The notes under the pieces: model-generated
Database searches by the model: none
Seen by the model: only the letters and a program-made list of their open reading frames with translations
Told to the model about the DNA's origin: nothing
Source: Macrostomum lignano
Lineage: Eukaryota
Assembly (NCBI GenBank): GCA_002269645.1
Contig: NIVC01002381.1
Span: 1-64,000, forward strand
Direction of reading: 5' to 3'
Length of the DNA stretch: 64,000 nt
Made by a program: the position numbers and the translations under genes
Part shown: in pieces, positions 11,781-23,642 of the stretch
Layout: each line of letters opens with the position of its first letter
Numbering within the stretch: the stretch's first letter is position 1

Positions 11781-12440
11781 ATGGATGCAGGAATAGAATG
11801 GATTGCTAATCTAGCCTATCATGGATGCAGGAATAGAATGGATTGCTAATCTAGCCTATCATGGGTGCAGGGATAGAATGGATTGCTAATCTAGCCTATC
11901 ATGGCAGCAGGAATAGAATGGATTGCTAATCTAGCCTATCATGGGTGCAGGATAGAATGGATTGCTAATCTAGCCTATCATGGGTGCAGGAATAGAATGG
12001 ATTGCTAATCTAGCCAATCATGGGAGCAGGAATAGAATGGATTGCTAATCTAGCCTATCATGGATGCAGGAATAGAATGGATTGCTAATCTAGCCTATCA
12101 TGGGTGCAGGAATAGAATGGATTGCTAATCTAGCCTATCATGGATGCAGGAATAGAATGAATTGCTAATCTAGCCTATCATGGATGCAGGAATAGAATGG
12201 ATTGCTAATCTAGCCTATCATGGGTGCAGGAATAGAATGGATTGCTAATCTAGCCTATCATGGGTGCAGGAATAGAATGGATTGCTAATCTAGCCTATCA
12301 TGGGTGCAGGAATAGAATGGATTGCTAATCTAGCCTATCATGGGTGCAGGAATAGAATGGATTGCTAATCTAGCCTATCATGGGTGCAGGAATAGAATGG
12401 ATTGCTAATCTAGCCTATCATGGGTGCAGGAATAGAATGG
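11781..12440 (+). repeat. 40-bp satellite array 1 (GGATTGCTAATCTAGCCTATCATGG[A/G]TGCAGGAATAGAAT), ~16 units
   Basis: Head-to-tail units with no spacers; same family as 30857, 33525 and 37385. Confidence 0.96.
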
Positions 12441-13131
12441 GTAGTACTTCAATGAAGCCTCAGTCACAGGTGGATATGCAATCCAGAACTGGGAGACACA
12501 CAGCGGCAGTGGCCTGAACGCATCCATCAGAACTGGTTTCGCACTATTCATGCTGCCATGCCCCCAGCCTTTTGCTTGAAATCTGCCAAGAACAGGCGAA
12601 GCTCCTCAAGTTTGACAGGACATGAAATGATGAGTTAATGAAATAGTTTAATAAAATAAAGTCAACAAAGCAGCCCCAAAAAGGGCTCGCTCGATTTTCG
12701 CCAACCAACAGGCCGCTTGTCCAGTTTAAAGGGAGGAAATTAATGCCAAATCTTCAATTAAGACGAGCAAAAACACGGATTTGAGTCGACTGATTCATAA
12801 GAAACTCACTGTCCATACATTTTTGTTTATTACGAAATAATGGAAAAAGTGCCTCATCTCTCTATGAAAACAGGATTATAGAAATACGCAAGCGCAAAGC
12901 TATTGAATGTAGCGGATTAAGGGAATAACAAACGGCTTAGGCGCAAATCGGACTCATCATTCAATATGGCGCGCAAACCTGAATTTTTCAGGAATAAATC
13001 AGAATAGAAAATGGAAATGTTGGATACTCTACTGCCAGTAGGCTGATGCGAACACTTGTACCCGACAACTTATGTTGTTAATGAACAAGCCAGAGTCGCT
13101 CCAATGAATTCGGTTAGCAAAAGTGCAGAAC

Positions 13132-13562
13132 TCAGCGCATGACGGGCATGGCGGTGGCCGAGGCGCTGGTGACCGCGTCCTCAGACCGCCACAGCTGCGT
13201 CACGGTCTTCAGCTGGGTGTAAAAGTGCACGCCGTGCTTGCCGTAGAAGTTCTGGTCGCCGCGGAAGCTGCCCCGGCTGCCAGTGAAGCTGAACATGGGC
13301 AGCGGCACCGGGATCGGCACGTTGACGCCCACCTGGCCGACGTCGATCTCCTCAGTGAACTTGCGGGCCGCGGCGCCGCTGTTGGTGAAGATGGCCGTGC
13401 CGTTGCCGTACGGGTTGGAGTTGATCAGCTGGATGGCGTCCTCCAGGGTGTCCGCCTCCAGGCACAGCAGCACCGGCCCGAAGATCTCCTCCCGGTAGCA
13501 CTCCATGCTGGGGGTCACCTGGATGAGGGAGAGAGAGAGCTGGGGGTCACCTGGATGAGAGA

Positions 13563-13635
<73 letters not shown>

Positions 13636-13756
13636 GCTGGGGGTCACCTGGATAAGAGAGAGAGAGAGAGAGCTGAGAGAGAGAGAGAGAGCTGAGAGAG
13701 AGAGAGAGCTGAGAGAGAGAGAGAGAGAGAGAGAGCTGGGGGTCACCTGGATAAGA

Positions 13757-13789
<33 letters not shown>

Positions 13790-13836
13790 GAGAGAGCTGA
13801 GAGAGAGAGAGAGAGGGGGAGAGAGAGAGAGAGAGA

Positions 13837-13888
<52 letters not shown>

Positions 13889-16800
13889 GGGGGTCACCTG
13901 ATTCATGGCGGCGCGCGAATCATTTTGCATCAGACTATGTATAGATAGCTTTTAACTGAGTTACGCTACATATCGGCAATCGATCAACCAAACTTCTCTG
14001 GAAGTTTCTTGGGAAACAAGTGGAGATAACTTATACTTTTCTGCCTGCCTGTCTGTCTGTCTGTCTACCTGCCTTAGCTAGCCCCAGTCAGTCTGACTCA
14101 CCTTAGTGAAAATGGTGGGGCCAACAAAGTTGCCCTTCTCGTACCCCTTGACCACGAGGCCTCGGCCGTCCAGCACGCAGTCGGCGCCCTCGGAGATGCC
14201 GGACTCCACCAGGCTGAGGATGCGCGCTTTGGCCTCCGGGGAGATGACTGGGCCGAGGTCGGCGCCAGGTTCGGTGCCGGGGCCAACGCGGAGCTCCTTG
14301 GCGCGGGCGACGATCTCCGGCAGCCAGTTGCGCGCCTCCCCCACCAGGATGGCGGTGCTGAGCGCCATGCAGCGCTGGCCGGCGGCGCCGAAAGCGGCGC
14401 CAACGAGAGACTGAAATGGGAGAGTTGGGCGCGGACTGCGGAGCTGCTGGCGGCAAGAGCGGAGACGAGAGATCTTAGAAGGTAAAAGGGAGAAAGAAGA
14501 TGGGGGAGACAAGGGAGATGGGGGAGACAAGGGAGATGGGGGAGATAAGGGAGATGGGGGAGACAAGGGAGATGGGGGAAGATAAGAGAGATGGGGGAGA
14601 CAAGGGAGATGGGGGAAGATAAGAGAGATGGGGGAGACAAGGGAGATGGGGGAGACAAGGGAGATGGGGGAAGATAAGAGAGATGGGGGAGACAAGGGAG
14701 ATGGGGGAGACAAGGGAGATGGGGGAGATAAGGGAGATGGGGGAGACAAGGGAGATGGGGGGAGACAAAGGAGATGGGGGAGACAAGGGAGATGGGGGAG
14801 ACAAGGGAGATGGGGGGAGACAAGATGGGGGAAGATAAGAGAGATGGGGGAGACAAGGGAGATGGGGGAGACAAGGGAGATGGGGGAGACAAGGGAGATG
14901 GGGGAGATAAGGGAGATGGGGTAGACAAGGGAGATGGGGGAGACAAAGGAGATGGGGGAGACAAGGGAGATGGGGGAGACAAGGGAGATGGGGGAGACAA
15001 GGGAGATGGGGGAGACAAGGGAGATGGGGGGAGACAAGGGAGATGGGGAGACAAGGGAGATGGGGGAGACAAGGGAGATGGGGGGAGACAAGGGAGATGG
15101 GGGAGACAAGGGAGATGGGGGAGACAAGGGAGATGGGGGGAGACAAGGGAGATAAGAGAGACAAGGGAGATGCCACAGGAGGCGAAAGGCCCACCTGGAT
15201 AGTCTGCGCCTTGTTGGCATCCGGCAGGATCACGCCGTGGTTCTTGGCGCCCATGTTGCACTGCACCCGTTTGCCAGACTTGCTGCCCCTCTCGTAGATG
15301 TACTGGCCGGCCCGGTCCGAGCCCACGAAGCTGATGGCGCGGATTTGCGGGTTGTCGCAGATGAAGGTGACGGCCTCCTGGGCGCCGTGGATAACGTTCA
15401 CGACACCATTGGGGAAGCCGGCCTCCTGCAGCAGGCCCATGAGCAGCATGCAGGCGCCGGGGTCTCGCTCCGACGGCTTCAGCAGCATGGTGTTGCCGCA
15501 CACCAGGGACAAGGGGAACATCCACAGCGGGATCATGGCGGGGAAGTTAAACGGCGTGATGCCGGCGGTGACGCCCAGGGGGACCCGGTAGGTGTGCGTG
15601 TCCATGTCCTTGGCAATGCCGGGCATGGTCTCTCCCAGCTGCAGGGACGTGATGCTGCAGCAGTGCTCCACCACCTGGCGACGAGTTGTGAGTTTTTGGT
15701 TGTTGCGAGTAAACTTATAATGCCGTAGCAACCACTACGTGACCAGCTATTTCTGAGACCTTAGCAACCAATTTTGAGATCAGCCATTTGAGAGTCCTTA
15801 GCAACCAATTCTGTGACTAGCCAGTCCCGAGCCCTTAGCAACCAATTCTGTGAACAGCCATAATTCTGTGACCAGCCATTCCCGAGCCCTTAGCAACCAA
15901 TTCTGTGACCAGCCATTCCCGAGTCCTTAGCAACCAATTCTGTGACCAGCCATCCCCGAGGCCTTAGCAACCATTCTGTGACCAGCCATTCCCGAGGCCT
16001 TAGCAACCAATTTTGAGATCAGCCATTTGAGAGTCCTTAGCAACTAATTATGTGCCCAGCCATTTTCATCGCACCGCCTGGCAGCTGAGTCAAAACCAAC
16101 CCTTTTTGAGACCTTAGCAACCAGGCTGTAATTGCCCAAGCTAACAAAAGCCAATCCAACCGCAGCAGCTGTACCTGCAGACCCCGCATGACATCGCCAT
16201 GAGCATCAGCCAGAGTCTTCCCCTGCTCCAAGGTGATGTTCTCCGCCAGTTTCTTCATGTCCCGCTTGATGAGCCGCTGCAGCTCGAACATGAGGCTCTG
16301 CCTGGTCAGCACGGTGGTCTTGCGCCAGGACTCGAAAGCAGTTTGGCAGGAATCAACAGCAGCATTCATCTCCGCCTCAGTACACTTAGGCACCCGGGTG
16401 ACCAGCTCATTGTTGGCTGGATTGTGCAGCTCGATCCAGCTCTTTGCCTTGGACTCCACAAATTCGCCATCAATGAACATCTTGGTAGTAGGCACTGAGT
16501 AGTGGCGCCAGAACCCGGTTAGGACTGGTACCTGGGCATTTGGGATCCAAGGAAGTTGCAAATAATTAGTATTGGCATGCAATTCATTCTTATGACAACA
16601 ACAGATTAAATAATTATAGCTTGTAAAGCACCATTGCACCTTTACTTGTAACAATTTTTGGTAATAAGTATTTTAGTTACACTTAATTTAAACCAATGCA
16701 GTGGTTATATATTTAGTAAAGTAAACAAAGGTTCTTGAAGTTTTTTTGGGTTGAGTGTTATATAGCTATAAATATATAGGAGACAGGACAGGAGTTTGAC

Positions 16801-17957
16801 AGGAGATTTTTTAAGATTTCAAGGCTACATGTAGCATATTAAAAAAACGTTTATTGCATTTCTTTGGCTCCCCAACGGGGGGCATAGATTGCTAGTAGAA
16901 TAAAACTAATATATATTTTAGTTACTATGTAAACCACACTCTGGATCATGTAGTATACACCCAAAAATTTGGGTATACATTGGCCTTGCATATTAGGTAT
17001 GCATTACTCCTCAGAAAATAGTGTGCATTTACACTTAGTATACATTTTATAGAAATCAGGTGGAAGAGTTAGTGTTAAAAATAGAAAAAAGATTGAGAAG
17101 TTCATTTAAAGAGTAAATTTCAAGCTTTTCAGTTTTTTAAAGCTCATAATGAGGCATTTAAACAAATGTTTGAGCATACCAATTTTGTGCCATAAATAAT
17201 ATAGGCAAAGAAAAAAACAAATTATCAGCCAAAAAGGGTTCTTCACGCAATGCAAGAAAGGTCATTTTCTGTTGCAATGCAAAAGCCATTTTGCGGATGG
17301 TGGGGTATATGCCGGAAAATTCCAGCGTACACTTGATTTCTGTGGCGTACACCAGTGTACATTTCTTGGCTATGTACAGTGTGGCATACAGTGTGGTGTA
17401 TGGCGACTGGCGTAGAAATTAATATAAAGAATTTTTTGTGCTTATTCTGTGTTAAGTTATTTCAAAAACCATTTTTTCTGCTACTATTTTCTCATTTACC
17501 AATCATTTTAATTACTGGAATTGTCACGACAATCGTCATGTTGTTATCATTTTTTGTAGTTTGAATTTAAATTTAAATATTTGTTGATTTTTTTTACCAT
17601 TTTTAAGTTGGCATACATTAAAAATCTGTTGGCATACAATTGAAAATTCAATAAAAATGTGTCTGGCGTACACAGAAAACCTTCCGCAATATGGTGCAAA
17701 AGAAGGTCATTTATTGTTGCAATACTTGCCTAGATTTGAGAGTGTGGGCATGCACTTAATTTTTTGGCATGCATTTGTAACTTTAATTTTTGTTTGGGCC
17801 TTTACCTAGCATGATCTAGACTATAGCTATAGTATGCACCCTATACTAATAAGATTAGTAACACTAACAGGTGCAATGACGATGGCATAATTGCCATAAT
17901 TATAATTAAAAATTTGCAGAACAAAATTACCTTGCTTAAGCTGAGAAGCCGATTCAT
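13132..17957 (-). CDS. ALDH6A1: Methylmalonate-semialdehyde dehydrogenase, mitochondrial; exons 17957-17931 (inferred), 16531-16175, 15674-15195, 14410-14102, 13518-13132
   Basis: [65 protein letters not shown] (catalytic Cys), [16 protein letters not shown]. All four introns are GT-AG phase 0. Exon 1 (MNRLLSLSK) is inferred and would give a presequence-like N-terminus. Confidence 0.95.
13519..13902. repeat. (GA)n microsatellite interleaved with four extra copies of the exon-5 splice-acceptor junction
   Basis: GCTGGGGGTCACCTG recurs at ~13539, 13636, 13735 and 13886. Confidence 0.93.
14490..15172. repeat. ~18-19 bp G-rich minisatellite (GGGAGATGGGGGAGACAA) in ALDH6A1 intron 3
   Basis: Direct tandem units. 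Confidence 0.94.
15750..16045. repeat. ~36-38 bp minisatellite (CCTTAGCAACCAATTCTGTGACCAGCCATTCCCGAG) in ALDH6A1 intron 2
   Basis: About 8 imperfect units. Confidence 0.88.
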
Positions 17958-18890
17958 TTTTTCCTTAGGAGGATACCTAATGGACTGTAGATTTTTTTTT
18001 TACACAGCGTAAAGTATACCCGTTGACTTCGAGTTAAGAGCAATAAATATATTTTAACAAAAAAGAAGTGAGAAAATTAAAAAGGGTTAAAAAGCATTCA
18101 GTTGCAATTGGTGTAAATAAAATTTTAAACTTATACTAATAATAATAGGAGAATTAAAGAGTAAGTTATCGCTTTTTCTGGTGCATTGCATTGTTTTATT
18201 TTGTGATGTTAGGATTTGTTATTATTTTTTATAAAAACAATCTAATTTAAAATACTTTTTTGCGTGCCAATTCATATATATCCACTCATCGTTTAACGAA
18301 CCAATTATATAATTTAAAATTAAGGCCTAGCCGCCGCAGTAAACTTCGAGGTGAGCTAATCTCCATGCATGTGACTTGAGACCGTGCTGTTGTCAAATTA
18401 CTAGGTCTATCAATTCCAATTATGCATATCGTGATCATATTCTATTTGATTTCAAGAAGTAGTGTGCTTTATCATTTGACAATGCTTATCCCCAAAGCAC
18501 AAGAAGATAGGGCAGCTATCTCGTTAGTGTGCCATGTGATAAGCAAAAATTATTCCCATAGTGTATGTGGAAAATAGGGCAGCTTTCTTGTCAGTGTGCC
18601 ATGGCCATGTCATTCAGATAAGCATCATTGCATCATTTTTCCAAAATCCCATAATATGGGGGACACTAAAATAAAAAAATGTGATGAGACCTGTATAACT
18701 TTTATACATTTTCATGTATAATGCCAACACATTTTCAAAGGCTACCAGTCACTTTGGCATCAAGACATTTTGGTGACAGACACTAACAACAAGACATTTT
18801 GGCAACAGTCACTTTGGCAACAATGTTAGGCCATTTTGGCAAATTCTCTGGTATAACTAATTTATGCACTTAGACTTGGACCCGGACTAA

Positions 18891-21090
18891 ATGCAGGGAT
18901 TCCCCGAGTGATATTCAAGATCAATATTCGGAAATAACAAAAATCTCTGCTTTTAAAGCACCAAATGCCATGATTTTTTACAGAAGAAACATCACCCATG
19001 AGATAAACCGACTTAAAAAAATTATGGCTACAGATTGAAAGGATTTTTTACAATTTGCCAAAAACTGGTGCTTCCTTATATCCACAGTGTAATAAATTGA
19101 TATTTGATTTCAAGTACTTCTGCTTGCTCTCTGTCGCTAAAAATTGACATGCAGGACTTCATCCAGACACTAAGCGATTATCATAACTCAAACTGAACTC
19201 AAGGCTTCATGCTCAAGAAATATTTGAGAAAACTGATGTTCTTATCTCCACAATGTATTAAATTGATATTTGATTTCAAGTACTTCTACTTGCTTTCTAT
19301 TGCTAAAAAATGACATGCAGGACTTCACCCAGACACTAAGCGATTATCATAACTCAAACTGAAGTCAAAGCTTCATGCTCAAGAAATATTCGAGAAAAAC
19401 TGATGTTTCTACAGTACATTGTACATGTACATGTATCTCCACAGTGCATTAGACTGGGATAATAATTTTGTTCATTTGTGTGAATATATAGTAAGATATA
19501 TAGTAAGATGCATCAAAAGGTATAAATTGCACAGGAGTTAAGCACGCAAGAAAATCTATAGCTATGTAATCTTATTTTGACGTTTCCCGAATTATTTCAT
19601 TTTTAGGAAGCCCATTTGATTTTGGTTTTGGTTCCCATGTTTACTGGAAGCCATTTTTACCTGGTAGCGATTATTGTATCAGCTAGAAATGTTTACCTCT
19701 TCAACTCCTCTACCAGTAATATCCGCCAGCAGAATGTGTTGCCCAGAATTGTAGAAAACTGGAAGTAAGAAGCTTTTTCCTTTCAACCTTTGACTTCAGA
19801 TAAGACAATTATGAATGTAAGGATACACATCCATGTAAGCTTTTCCAAACATCAATTGTAGTGCTTTTCTACATCTGGCACTAAAAGAAATCTACGAGTA
19901 TTTTTCACTTAAAGAAAATACTACTTTTTGCAGTGACAACGCTCCACATACTAAGCAAGACGATTCTTTTAGTTGTGGTGCCTTCGATTTGTCTGCTTGT
20001 ATGCCAGAAGCATAATTCTTGGTAGGGAGCTACAATATCAGAAAGCAAGCAAAGACTTTCTTGAGAAAGTGCATTTGTTACATATGGAAAGTAATCAGTA
20101 ACAACTCCGTCGATAGCAACCAAGGTTCTTGTGTCATTTGTCAAGTAGAAAAGCCACCAAAAGCAGACGGTGCAGCAACAATTGATTGGGTGAGTTGTAA
20201 AATTCTTGTACGTATAAATACCTCTGTGCCAAATATCAATACACATGTACTCACTTTACCTTTAAATTTACTTCTTGTACATGCACTACTGGTAGATTGA
20301 GTGCTCATCCTGTCTTGACTAGATCCACTGCGTCTGTGCATCCACAACGCAAGAAGAGGAAAACTTCTGCTGCTCGACCTGCATCAATTTACTCATCTGA
20401 TCGAATAGCATACAATTCAATGGCCTAACTTTGTGCAGCATTAAATATGCATGATGTGTACGCTATTCAAGGAATTCTAGACTAAAGAGCTAATTGAGTT
20501 TCATCTAAATTTATTCAGTGCAAATAAACTTTCAACTCAATATAAAATGTTACACTAGCTACTGTAGAAATAGGAACATCAGTTTTTCTCGAGTAGGTCT
20601 CAAGCATGAAGCTTTGAGTTCAGTTTGAGTTATGATAATCGCTTAGTGTCTGGGTGAAGTCCTGCATGTCAATTTTCAGCAACAGAGAGCAAGTAGAAGT
20701 ACTGAAATAGAATATCAATCTAATACATTGTGGAGATAAGAACATCAGTTTTCTCAAATAGTTCTTGAGCATGAAGCCTTGAGTTCAGTTTGAGTTATGA
20801 TAATCGCTTAGTGTCTGGGTGAAGTCCTGCATGTCAATTTTCAGCAACAGAGAGCAAGCAGAAGTACTTGAAATCAAATATCAATTTATTACACTGTGGA
20901 TATAAGGAAGCACTAGTTTTAGGCAAATTGTAAAAAATCCTTTCAATCTGTAGCCATAATTTTTTTAAGTCGGTTTATCTCGTGGGTGATATTTCTTCTG
21001 TAAAAAATCATGGCGTTTGGTGCTTTAAAAGCAGAGATTTTTGTTATTTCCGAATATTGATCTTGAATATCGCTCAGGGAATCCCTGCAT
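18891..21090. mobile_element. 2.2-kb Mutator/foldback-like element with ~525-bp TIRs and a 9-bp TSD
   Basis: ATGCAGGGATTCC...GGAATCCCTGCAT termini; the inverted match covers ~18891-19416 versus ~20560-21090; TSD CCGGACTAA / CCAGACTAA (1 mismatch); each TIR holds two ~165-bp subrepeats. Confidence 0.85.
19613..20400 (+). pseudogene. Decayed Ulp1/C48 peptidase plus PHD-finger cargo gene inside the long-TIR element
   Basis: LVLVPMFTGSHFYLVAII...VYLFNSS (His box), KQDDSFSCGAF (Gln/Cys box), CVICQ...IDW, GT-AG intron 20190-20295, then IECSSCLD*IHCVC...FCCSTC (PHD with an in-frame TAG at the expected Trp). Confidence 0.75.
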
Positions 21091-21530
21091 CCAGACTAAT
21101 GCCATTTTGATATTTGCCAATTTACAGACCGGACTACCCATTTTATTGACTTTAGGCAAAACTTGACATTTGGCCTAACGTACCTAACGTGTAACGTACC
21201 TAACGTACCTAAAGGCCTAACGTGTTAAAATCAATAAAGGTTCTAAAATGGATATTGGTTTGGGTCCAAGTTTATATAATATAGTCCATTTATTAGTTAG
21301 TGGAATTCTTTAGAAAATATCAATTTAACAAAATAAAGAAGCAGCTACTGCTTGATATTTTAATGGTCTGATTATTCTATAGTCTCTATTTTATATTTTA
21401 TTTTATAATGACTTTTTTAATTTAAAATCAATTAATCAGTTACTATTTTAACAAAGTGTTTTAACAAAGTGCATGGCTACAGACTTTTATTTTTATTTTA
21501 AGTATTTGAGTAGTAAAAAATGATTATCTT

Positions 21531-21828
21531 CATACATGCGCAACAGTCGGCCGAGTCGGCCGATCCGGCCGACCGATTTGGCGGCCAATCAAGGAAGTCG
21601 CAAAAATGCCCACCCAAAAAATAACCTGAAGAGTAGTACTAAGTAGCTGACGAGGCATTTTAGCTTAATAAAACAGTCATAGTTACTCCTGCCGTTTACC
21701 CAAAGTTGCGTTAATTTTGCTTTCGGGTTTTTTTATATGTAAGTCGCAATTTTGGCCAAAAACTACGTCGCATTTTTGTTAAAACTAAGTCGCACGGCTG
21801 ACCGAATTTTGGAGGTTGCACATGTATG
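21531..21828. mobile_element. 298-bp MITE (hAT- or P-like)
   Basis: TIR CATACATG[C/T]GCAAC; perfect 8-bp TSD ATTATCTT at 21523-21530 and 21829-21836. Confidence 0.85.
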
Positions 21829-22657
21829 ATTATCTTTGTGACCTTATTTATATAGTTGTTTTATCCTTGGTAAATAGTCTTTATATAATTATTCATATTC
21901 AGCTTTTGTTAAAATGTCTCATTCTTTGTTGCCAATTTGGCAATTACTATTGCCAAAAAAATTCATTTGTCCTAAAATTGTTGTTGCCGAAGTGACTTGT
22001 TGCTGAAGTGACTTGTTGCTGAAGTGACTAGTAGCCTTTTCAAACACATCTTCCAACACTTTTTATAACACTTAAAATGTCACAAAATGTCATAATGGTT
22101 AACTTTTTCCAACACATTTTCAGACACATCTTTCAATACCTTTTTATGACATTTAAAATGCTGCAAAAAGTGTTGTAATGATAGGTGCTAGTATTTCCAT
22201 CAACTGGCATTTTGTCAAATAGTTGACAAAGTAACTATTTGGCGGGTGTAGCAGTATTTGCTATTGACAAATTGACCAAGTTAAGAGTTCTTACTGATTG
22301 GTCAATTAATGAAGTCACTGAGATCAAGGCATATGCCCCAGGCCCCCATTTGACAAAATAAAATAAATTTTGAATTATAGTTACTCAATACCAAATGCAT
22401 ATAGAGCATTGATCAATTTATTTGATTTGATCAATTGAATTGATTTGTCTGTGACATGCATCAGTCTAAAAGATTTTTCAATATACAAGTCTAAAAGTAT
22501 ATCACTTAAAGTCAATTGGCTCATTAAGCTTATTGAACATATCAGACTAAAGCACATTAAGGCAAGAGGTTTCTTAGATGGGAAGGTAGTGATATAGTAA
22601 TGCAATAGGCAAAAGTTCACTCAACAATATCAAAGTTTAAACTTTTAAAGTTATTTC

Positions 22658-23501
22658 TAGTGTTGGGCACCATTAATGAAAATCTTAACTTCCATTTAAG
22701 GCAAAAGCATTAGCATAAAAATGAAAAAATCTCAACTTTTTAACTCTTAATTTTGTATAAGTTAACTGAAAATTAAATGATAATTGTTAATAAGTGTTAA
22801 TCCATTGAAGTTAACATAGAAAATACAGAAATCTTGCACATTTTTCTGAAATAGACTTCATAATGCACTGCTTTTGCTTTTCCATCTTTTTAGCAAAACA
22901 CAGGACATCCAACAGATTTACAAGCTGGAAAAAACAAAAAATAATAATAGTAAAAACTTATAAGTCTAATACTACTAAAAGTAATCATACAATAAACAAA
23001 GTAACTTATTTATTTGAAACTTGAAAGCTAATTAGTTAACAATAAAATACAAATAGGAAGGTTGTTTCAATAGCATTAGCAAGTGGAGCAGAAAGTTACA
23101 AAAGATTGGGAAACAAGTCAATTAAAGCAATTGATGCTCATGTGCAAGCAATAAAGTTCACAATTTTAATTCAATATTAAAGTTTATTAGTAAGAAGTTG
23201 CTACATCTGCATGATCATTGTCATAAACAAAGAAATTAATTAGGCATTTAGGTAAATTTGAATATATCCATAATGTTGTAACTTCTAGTCAGACTTGTAT
23301 TTTTGTTTTTCATTTGCATTGTTAGTCTTGACACTGTCATTGACATTAACGATGAATTTGTCATTAACTCACAAAATAACTAATGCAAATTAGTTAATCT
23401 GTTAGTTCAAAAAATCTTAATGGCAGTCTGTTAACATTAATGAAAAATCTTAACGCTTATTAATGGATTAATGCTTATTAACAGACCCATGCCCAACACT
23501 G
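22658..23501. mobile_element. 844-bp non-autonomous hAT-like element
   Basis: TIR [T/C]AGTGTTGGGCA; perfect 8-bp TSD GTTATTTC at 22650-22657 and 23502-23509. Confidence 0.87.
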
Positions 23502-23642
23502 GTTATTTCTAAATTATAATTAAAAAATATAAAAAATTGTAATGATAATTCAACATATTAACAAACTGCAGCAATAAACTCAATCTCATTTCTACAGTTC
23601 TACTAAGACTGGCACCAAATCATCTGCCTACGCTTGCATCAG

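Larger units (their letters stand above)
18740..22036. mobile_element. Non-autonomous TIR DNA element (GG-termini, subterminal ~16-bp repeats) hosting two younger insertions
   Basis: GGCTACCAGTCACTT at the left and AAGTGACTAGTAGCC at the right; perfect 8-bp TSD TTTTCAAA at 18732-18739 and 22037-22044. Superfamily is uncertain (Merlin-like). Confidence 0.8.

Noticed and set aside
11781-12440. CRISPR array (regular ~40-bp periodicity; also 30857, 33520, 37385, 57145)
   Set aside because: Units are head-to-tail with no unique spacers, no cas genes are present, and the context is eukaryotic.
17260-17740. Partial direct and inverted matches in ALDH6A1 intron 1 (GAAGGTCATTTT..GTTGCAAT twice)
   Set aside because: Could be an old TE, but I could not define termini or a TSD.
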